Assembly: GCA_000182565.2 (NCBI GenBank)
Contig: KQ257450.1
Source of the DNA: Spizellomyces punctatus DAOM BR117
Taxonomy: Eukaryota
DNA: 64,000 nucleotides
Strand: one strand, 5' to 3'
Shown: in pieces, positions 55,038-64,000 of the stretch
Layout of the letters: every line of letters begins with the position of its first letter
Position numbering within the stretch: position 1 is the first letter of the stretch
Position numbers and translations under genes: made by a program
Notes under the pieces: model-generated
Database searches by the model: none
Seen by the model: the letters and a program-made list of their open reading frames with translations, nothing else
Told to the model about the DNA's origin: nothing

Positions 55038-58000
55038 TCACTTTGCAATCGTCGGCGGTCGATACAATTTGAGGGCTAGACTGCTCACTACTACACAGAC
55101 ACTACTTGCAGCCATTGCCAAGCCTGCCATCCACGGTGCCAACATGATCCTCGCAGCCGGGTAGAGGACACCCGCTGCCAACGGGATTCCGATGGAATTA
55201 TACCCAAACGCCCAAAGAAAGTTTAGTTTTATTCTGTTGAATGTTGTACGGGAGAGGTCGAGCAGAGTGAGGACGTCGCGGAGATCAGATTTCATGAGAA
55301 CAGCTTGCGCCGACTCGATCGCCACGTCTGAACCCGTGCCAATGGCGATACTAATTGGATATACTAAAGTGAGTACCCTCGAAACATGAATCGTTTGAGA
55401 AATGTAGATATCACACTTACCCAACGTCAGATTGTGCCAATGCAACAGAATCATTGATTCCATCGCCGGTCATGGCCACTCTTGCCTTCTTGTCTTGCGC
55501 TCTGACGGCACATTGCAGCCATTTGACCTTTTCCGCCTTCTCGCCAGGTAAGATTTGGCTCAACACCTGATCTTCATGTATGCCCAACTGTCTAGCAACA
55601 GCTTGTGCCGTCCGCGTATTGTCACCTGTGATCATCCATACCGCCACCCCGCGTCGTTGCAGTGCCTGGATGACCGCTGGAGCTTCGGGGCGGATCACAT
55701 CTGAAATGGCTAGGATGCCAAGTAGGTGGCCCGCGGCTGGGGTGCTGGGGTACGGTGTGATTGGTCTGATGCCAACGTAGACCATCGATTTACCATCGGA
55801 TTGCCAGTTGTCTGTGGTTGTATCTACTATGGAAGCATCAACGGGTATACAAGCGTTTTCTTCCATCCAACGACGCGATCCAACGTATGCCATGTACTTT
55901 TCGTTTGCTGAGGCTTCAATGACTGCTCCAAGACCCTTGCCGGCAGATTCAACAATTTCTTGGACGGAAATGGTGCTCGCTCCAGTGACATTTGCACCTT
56001 TCTCTTCCGTGGCATACTGCACAACCGCACGTGCTAGAGGATGGTCACTTGCTGCTTCGACAGTTGCGACGAGCGTCCAGAAATCAGATTCATTCACGAT
56101 TCGGCCGTTGGGTTCAGGGAAGAATTTAGAGTCAGTTAGACTTGGCTTTCCTTGTGTCAGTGTACCAGTCTTGTCGAATGCGATGGCTTTGACGTTGTGG
56201 GCCATTTCTAGGGCTGCTCCACCGCCTTTAACTAGAATACCGTATTTCGCGCCAACTGGCAAGATACCCATAATAATTAGCTCTACTCACACAATGCCGT
56301 GTATGATGCAAAAAAAACCTACCTCCAGTTCCAACCATCACAGCAGTTGGAGTCGCCAATCCCAGGGAACATGGGCAAGCAATGACCAGCACAGCAATGG
56401 CAAAGTCTAGTGCAAAGGCTGCTTTTCCTTTACCCCACCACTCCTCTGGCACCGCTCCTGAATACACGGCAGAGACCCACACAATCAATGTCACGAGGGC
56501 AATGATGACTACCGCAGGAACAAAGTAACGGGATATCTTATCAGCAACGGCTTGAATAGGGGCACGAGACGTTTGGGCATCCTCCACCAGTCGAATGATG
56601 CGAGATAGAGCGGTTTCCGAACCAACTTTGACGGCTTTGACGTATATTACTGCGTTTTGGTTCACCGTTCCCCCCATGATGTCGTCGCCGACCGTTTTGG
56701 TGACCGGTACTGGTTCACCTGTGAGCATACTTTCGTCAATGAAACTTGTGCCGCGGACTATTACGCCGTCGCAAGGGATTCGGCCTCCTGCGGTGACTTT
56801 GAGAACATCACCAACTACAAGTACGTCATATGAGAGTCAACAAAAATGATGGTAAAGAATGGCGTTTTTTGGTAAAGCCTTTGCAATTCTTTACCTTGTA
56901 CCAGAGCAATATCTACTTCTTGCTCGGTAGTCGTTCTTGGGTCATTGTAATCCGACAGTACGAGGGTAGCAGTGTCTGGGGCGAGACCCATTAATTTGGT
57001 GATAGCATCTGACGTTTTGCCTGTAGATATCGGATCCCAATGTTATACTTGTGCCTATGTTATCAAATTACACAAACAATTTCTTACCTTTTGCATAAGC
57101 TTCCATGTATTTTCCCAAAAGAATAAAGAAAATGAGGAGAATGGATGTCTCAAAAAACTGTGCTTCGGCTTCTGTTTTGGTAACAATGCCATAGATGACG
57201 GCGTATACAGAGTAGAAATACGCTGCGCTGGTTCCTAATGCTACCAGCACGTCCATCTGCAAGCGAAATGTTTGTAAATTTTGTTACTGCGGTGACGTTT
57301 AACAATTAAAACTTACATTTGCAGATTTTGCGTAAACCAAACTTTTCCAAGCACCAACGTAAAACCTCTTTCCCAACCAGAACTGCACCGGTGTAGCCGT
57401 AATCCACAACACCAGGGCATTAACGCTCAAACCAGGTACAATTTCCATCATCATGGACTGGCGAATAGGTTGATCTGGCGCCAGCGCCATCATGAAAATC
57501 ATGGCAATGATAAAAGTCGGTACCGCAAAGAAAAAAGCCCAAAGAAGCTGACGGCCATACATGCGACGCTCCGCCGCTTCACGGGCCTTGACGAGATCCA
57601 TTCTGTTTGTATGAGGGGCGAGTTCTGCCGTGTAGCCCAAACCCTCGACGAGAGCAATGAGATCACGGGGTCCAATGATGGTCGGATCATGCTTGATGCT
57701 AGCTTGCCCTGTTATCAAGTTTACGGCAACGTCTTGAACCCCTGGTTTTTGGGTTAGGTTGGTCTCGATGGCTGAAACACACGAAGCGCATGTCATGCCA
57801 CCGACATTCAACTTGGTAGTAGTTTGAGCGGGTTCATGAGGGTAATCTGTGACAATTTCAAGGTTGTCATCGACAACTTTCTGGTTGGATTCCGCAGTGG
57901 CTCGCAGTGTTTCTACATCGGTAGCGAGGACTTCGTAGCCCATGTCGTCAATTGCGCTGACGAGCTTTTCCGATGGGAGGACTGTGGAGTCATGCAAGAC

Positions 58001-59171
58001 GATCGCTCGTTGAGGTAAGAGGGTGACGACTACCGACGACGTTTCCACACCGGGTAGGCGTTTGAGCATGTCTTCAAGGGTGCCCACGCAGGAAGCGCAT
58101 GTCATTCCATGTATTGTCAACATTGTTTTGGTTCGTACGGACGTGCTTGAACTTGTGCGCAGACTCGTTTCCGTAGGCTTGGTAGCATGCGTCGTGGCAT
58201 TTAATACTTCATACCCGATGCCCTCAATTCTGTCAATCAGAGTTTGAGCTGACACTACTGAAGCATCGTGCAGAATGACTGCTTGCTGTGGGTCCAATGT
58301 TACTTGAAGCCCATCTTTACTTATTCCTTCCACCTTTTTCAACGCCCCTTCGATGGCCCGTACACAGGATCCACAAGTGAGTCCGTTCAACTCAAGTACT
58401 GTCTGTGTGAACAATGAGGGAGATGTTTGAGGAAACTTGCTGGGAAAGACATCCGATGAAGCGGCGACAATCTCAACGAATCGATACCCACGAGCAAGCA
58501 AAATGTTGCGACAATGGGCAGCCAATTCGGTGGACAAGTCGCATTTAAAGTAGACGTCCACTAACAGCGCTTCTCGTTCTCCGCCATCACCATCGGCAAC
58601 CGTTACTCCCCTAACTTCTGGTACCTCAACAGCCAACAGGTTACCGACATTACGAAGCGCACAGCGGCGCCCATGAGCACAACGCGCTCGGGCTTCGGGG
58701 TCCGCTATGCAAGCTGGTAGGAGCTCTGAAGGCCTGGATGGAGTATACCCCGTCGGCAATCCCACTCGAAACCTTGCAGAACGGGGATGATTTGGAGCCG
58801 AAAGCAACTTTGACGGTAAAAGAGCTCTGCATGTGCAATGAGTGCAATGGCATGCGATACATGTTGAGCAGAGCCGCGCAAGGTCAACCTTTACTTTCAA
58901 AGGTTCGTTTTGGGAGATGAGATCCGTTTCGTCAAATGCGAGTAGGGTATCCTCGGACGAATCGGAATTTGTTGTATTGTCGCAACCGCCTCCGCTGCAG
59001 CTTTAAAGTAAATCAAATAGATGGGAGAAGATCATTAGTATCATATTTTTTGGAAACAAAAAAAAAGCCGAAAAAAATGTCTACATACCATCCTCCATTA
59101 TCACTTGTAGGACCACAGCAACATCTCGCACCTGCACTATCGTCAACGTTCGGTCCGCAGCAGGATTGCAT
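55038..59171 (-). CDS. Copper-transporting P1B-1 ATPase (Ccc2/ATP7-like) with Cys-rich N-terminus, multi-exon
   Basis: Three HMA motifs (GLTCGSC, GMTCASC x2), TGE, CPC, DKTGT, SDHPL, GDGIND, YN and MAASS. First exon starts at ATG 59171. Confidence 0.93.
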
Positions 59172-60104
59172 GCTTGAATGAAATCAAATCTAGTTGATAT
59201 AAATGTTTTAAAACCAATGCGATCATCCACGGTATTTGTATGTGTCGCTTCCAAAAGGCCTTCTGATCCTGAACCGCTCGTCGTCGAAAAAGTAAAAACT
59301 CGTTGCATGATTCCCTTTTTATAATCCGTTACTTGCAACGAAAAGGAACACTGACCAAAGTTGAGAGTTTGAGCAAATCAGAAACGGGGGGCGTATTTCC
59401 CTCATCATCATAGTTTGCTAAAATGTCTCAACTTGTAGTCGCGTTTCTTTTTGAGGGGGGAGCCAGCAGCGGAAACATCTCACACACAAACGTATTGGGG
59501 CAAATATAAGCAAGGTTTAAGGTTCAAGGCATTTTGTATAAACGGTTGAATGATGAATAAAAGCATTGCTGAATATGATGTAACGAGAACCTTCTCCATT
59601 TATCTACGCAGATTCCTGTAGCATCTATTAGAACCTTGATACGGTTTACTATTGCCAACTGCAGTGACATGTATGCGATGCACACACATAATGTGCCAAC
59701 GCATACGCAAAAGCCTGCGGTATATCCAATGTTTGATTAAGAGCCAATGTTTAGGTAAACCCTATCTGTCAATTTTGATTTGAAATACCCCATTTCCATT
59801 CCGACTAGCAGTGTCATATTCTGTTGCCCTTAACAAAGATACCTGAGACCACTATGTTGGGATGCTGACCTTGCTATTCTTACCCTCAACATTGTCGTTC
59901 AGGCTGCTCCATCGAGGCTTAGAGACTTCACCCTGGTAACAGTTTTCTTATTCTTCATATTAGACGTTGCGAAAAGCCAAAACCATGCTACATATTAGCT
60001 CTTAACACTGGGATGCGACATGGGACCTGCAAAGAGGTTTCGGAAATGCACCAGCGCCGAAAGACGTATGGGAGACAAATCACTTTACCCCTTGAGAAAT
60101 ACGC

Positions 60105-60186
60105 GCCAAGGTAGTATAGTGGTAGTACACTGCGTTGTGGAAGACACAGTACCGCAATGACCCCGGTTCGATTCCGGGCCTTGGCA
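60105..60186 (+). tRNA. tRNA-His(GTG) with an 11-nt intron (60141-60151)
   Basis: Acceptor stem GCCAAGG/CCTTGGC, D-arm GTATAGTGGTAGTAC, anticodon loop TTGTGG, T-arm CCCGG-TTCGATT-CCGGG, oligo-T terminator near 60209-60215. Confidence 0.93.
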
Positions 60187-60508
60187 ATCACTCACACACT
60201 CTCACAGATTTTTTTCACTGTTCGTACTCCCTATATGGACTAGCACAATTTTTGAAAAGACGTGAACATAAAGTATCCGTAGGGGCCTTTATCAAAAATA
60301 ACGAAGCATCTCCAGCTCTTTGCCCTTGCGAGATGTAGTAGGATATACGGTATAAAAACTGGGCATGCACAGTACTCAACAAGAATGCCAAAAAAGCAAG
60401 AGTCCACACATTCAAACACCATGTAAACCCAAAACACAAAAAAAAAGAGCATTCACTAAATACAAATTAAAACACCCTTCCTCATGCACCAACAACAAAA
60501 AGACCTTT

Positions 60509-63500
60509 CTAAATCTCAATAGGCTTAATAACCGGTTTCCGAAAGAACCGCATACTCGCTCCCTTCTCCATTGGACGAAATGGAGCGTGTCCACCATAAG
60601 GTTTGGGTATCGGGAGGTCGCCTATGAGGCCTTTTCCGGTTGTATCGGGGATGTAGGCGTTGGGACGGGGTTCGGCTGTTGTGCGGATGTTATTGTAAAT
60701 ATAAAAGTCGTCGTCGCTGAAATATGGAGAGATGTTGTGAGAAACATGTATTGTAAGAGGGACGGAGAGCGAGGGTGAAAGGAAACGTACGCTTCAATGT
60801 ATCCCCCGGCAACAGCCTTTTGTCGTTCCATTTCCAATTGTTTTACTTGCTTTTCGTGCTGGAGACGACGTTTTTCAGCTCGTATGAATTCGCGTTCGAT
60901 TTCTGGGGTGGGTGGCTCGCCGTTTGCGAGGCGGGCTTTGGCTTCTTCCAAGAGTTGTTCCTAAAAAAATGTCGTGTGTTGAGATGACATGTAAAATACA
61001 TTTTCTGTTTATTTATATTTTATTTACCTTGTCGCATTTTTCTTGATAGAGTCCCATGGCCATTGCTTGATGCATAGCCAATTCCGAGACACGAGCCATC
61101 ATGGCTTTTGTTAAATGTTTGATGCGTTTGGAGAGGTCATTGACTTGAGCTGCTACATGATGGCTTTCGGTACGTCCATCCATGGTTTGGCGTTTCAGTC
61201 GATCAGTAAGCGTCGTAACTTCTTCCAAGACAAGGTCTTTTTCCAAGATGCGTTCCTCTTTTTCTGCGAGTGTTTCTTCTACGGAACGGATCTTTTCGAG
61301 GAGGGTTGTAGTGGGTGGGTCACTTCCGCCTAGGTCGCGGGTTCGACCGGGAGATTCGGGGGTTTCCATGTGAGCAGAAAGGGAAGCGACACGGGTGCGA
61401 GCAAGGTCGAGTTGGGATTTAACGGTTTGGAGGCGGGTTTGGGTTTCATGGAGAGTTTGACGGTTTGTAAGAGTTTTACCGAGTTCGACTTGGCGTTCAA
61501 GGTCGGATGCTATAATGGTGAGTTTACGAATTTCGTCGTCCTTTGCGGCGAGTTCGGCGTCTCCGCGCTGCATGACCTCTTGTTGGAGGTTGAGTTTTTC
61601 GTAGAGGATGCACAGCTCGTCGTTACGATCCAAAAGCTGCATTCCTGTTGCGTTGCGGGTTTTGAGAAGAGTGCCGTGTCGGGTGCGCAAAGCTACGAGG
61701 TCGGATTCTGCGGCGTTGATGAGGAGTTGGAGGGTTTCGATTCTGGAGAGGTTTTGGTCGATTTCGTCTTTTTTTGGTTGTTTTGTCCGGATGCGGGATA
61801 TTTGAAAACACATTCATGTAGAAAAAGTGAGTTCATCGTACAAGAATGCAAAACCATTGAAATCATTACAGAATGGGAACGTGCGTATAGATTGAAGAAT
61901 AACAGTTAGGTATCGATCTTGATAGAATCCACTGAAAAAGACTTGTTTTACCTCGACGTTCCCGATATTGTAACAATAACTTGTTTGCCTCATTCTTTGC
62001 TGAATCCCGTTGAGCATATGCCGCAGTATTTTCTTGTCGTTTTTTCTAGACAAAAACAGAAATTTTAAAAAAAGAGCATAACCAATGCTACAAGTTTCAA
62101 TAAAAACTCACAGTTAATTCTCGTCCCTTTTTAGCAATCTCGAGACGAAGAATCTCAATCTCGTTCGACAAGATCTTGATCTTTTCCTTCATTTCCGCCG
62201 CACGTTGGGTCGTTGCTTGAATTTGGTTCAACTGCGTCATTGTAATTAAACATCATGAGCATTTGTTGCAAACGAATACCAAATATCAATACCACAACAA
62301 GAAAAATAACGTACATATTTATTTCGCTCATTCTTGACGACATCGTAAAGCGTTGCAAATTCCTTGAGACGGGTAACAGCTTCTTGACATCGTTTGGAAG
62401 CGTCCAAAACAGAGATTTCTTTAACGCCAAGGTTATCTTTGATGGTTTTCAGTTTGTTTCGAATGCGAATGAGTTCTCGAGCCTTTTTGTTTTTAAAAGC
62501 AAAGTAATTTTGGTGAACTCTTTTTGAGTTACAAACCCACATTTTTTGTTTTTCTTTTACCTTGAGTTCCTTTTCAACATTTAATTCCTCAACTTGCTTT
62601 TCAAATCCCTGAGCTCTCGTCATTTTCTCCTCCAACTCTTCATCAAGCCGTTGATTCACGCCAATCTCCCTCGCCAAATTCTCACCCAGCGTCCGCTCCC
62701 CATTTTCCGTTTTCAAATACTCGTACAGCATCAAATCAATTTCTTTACGGAGTTGAGAGGATTGTTTACGGTAATGCCGTTCATCGCGTTTCGTTTGCTC
62801 GAGTTGGCGGGTGTGTTCTGTTAGTTGTTGGTGGAGGAGGGGAGTGGAGAGGCGGATGTTGTTGACGGTTGTTTCGAGGCGGCGGAAGGATTTTAGGAGG
62901 GCGTCTTTTTCGCGGAGGGAGCGGAGAAGGAGGTCGTGTTCGCGTTTGATCTGTTTGGGTTTTTTGTTATGTGTTTTTGGTGCGTTGTGCGAGCGTGTAT
63001 GTATAATGGTGGCCATGCCATAGTGGTGTTTGTTATGATCGCGGTAGTGGTTGTGTATAGGCAATGGCGATTGCATGTACGATAAATATCGGTGGTTTTG
63101 CGTGAAGAAGTTTATGTATGTGTTGATGGTATGGTAGGGATCGTCCATTGTACCAAAGATGATGATTGGCAATGGTGGTCACAGTGGATGATAATGAATA
63201 AACCAATAAAATAAAAACAAATGTCAAAAGCGAAAGGCTGCAACAAAATAATCAAAGATCTCCACACACATTACCTCAAAAACACACTTTTTCAACCCCA
63301 ACTCCAACCGAACCCTCTCCCCCTTTTGCACCGCCAACTGTTCCTTGGCCATCTCATGCTGCTTAAAAATCTCATCACACTGTCGCTCCATTTCATGAAT
63401 TTCCGCACGACGTTGTTCGTACTCGGCTGCTTGATCCAATTTATGTTCCTCTAAATCCTATATATAAAGTTGAGTATGCAGTACATGCCCAATGGGTGAT

Positions 63501-64000
63501 AAGATTTTTTTGTGGGTTACCTTTCGTCGTTTGGCAAGTCGCTCGAGTTCCTTGTCGAGTTGTTGGGAGAGGGTACCTTGTTTGACGTTTTCAATGACGA
63601 GGGATCCAATGGCGTCTCGAAGGACCTCGGATTGCTTTCTAATAACCAACCCAAAAAAGAATATGTTAAATATCGAATGTCAGCATACCACAAAAAAAAC
63701 ATCAAAACCATTACATGATTTTCTGGGGCATCTCATTTGCTTGCGAAAACGCCGCTGCATGTCGTTCCCGATCCATTTCCAATCTCTCAACTTGTTGCAT
63801 AATCATTTCATACGTTGCATCTTTTTCTTCTTGGTCTTTTTCAAGGTTTTCTACTTGGTGTCTTCGTTGTATGACTTCCAACTATACTAAAAACATTAGC
63901 GCAAAATGATGCTATTTGTAATGTACTGATATCTTACTTTGAGTTCTTTACTTGATGCAATTAGTTGTGGCTCGAGCATATCGGCCTTGTGCCGTCGAAT
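60509..64000 (-). CDS. CCDC146: CCDC146 (MBO2-like) flagellar coiled-coil protein, 3' part; 5' end outside the window
   Basis: YDVVKNERNKY, RNDELCILYEK, MMARVSELAM, C-terminus TTAEPRPNAYIPD...LPIPKPYGGHAPFRP...MRFFRKPVIKPIEI*. Confidence 0.88.

Noticed and set aside
55808-56410. Long antisense ORFs (also 15237-15674, 16134-16538, 61370-61909)
   Set aside because: Shadows of long coding exons on the opposite strand.
58880-58935. Programmed frameshift (CTT-TGA) at the start of the Cu-ATPase
   Set aside because: Careful reading gives CAA AAC GAA CCT TTG AAA, continuous in frame with the upstream exon.

Overview
Gene-dense eukaryotic DNA with many short (about 50-90 nt) GT-AG introns. The gene set is fungal-type and includes axonemal genes (DNAL4, CCDC146, CCDC166-like), so the source is most likely a zoosporic, chytrid-like fungus (inference). 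I can support about 24 protein-coding genes (two truncated at the window edges), one intron-containing tRNA-His(GTG), a compound (GGCA)n repeat and a 160-N assembly gap. CDS coordinates are start-to-stop spans from manual splicing. The strongest unusual signal is a plant/bacterial-type citrate synthase homolog (17774-20635). Its GPLHGGAN catalytic-histidine loop is replaced by GERKAS, and it has gained a ~145 aa coiled-coil C-terminal extension, suggesting a repurposed pseudoenzyme. Other points of interest: an intronless membrane-anchored PQQ-type (AA12-like) dehydrogenase, a Cu-ATPase with a metallothionein-like N-terminus missed by the ORF track, a DUF2062 membrane protein, and recurrent E-box/AP-1 promoter motifs.
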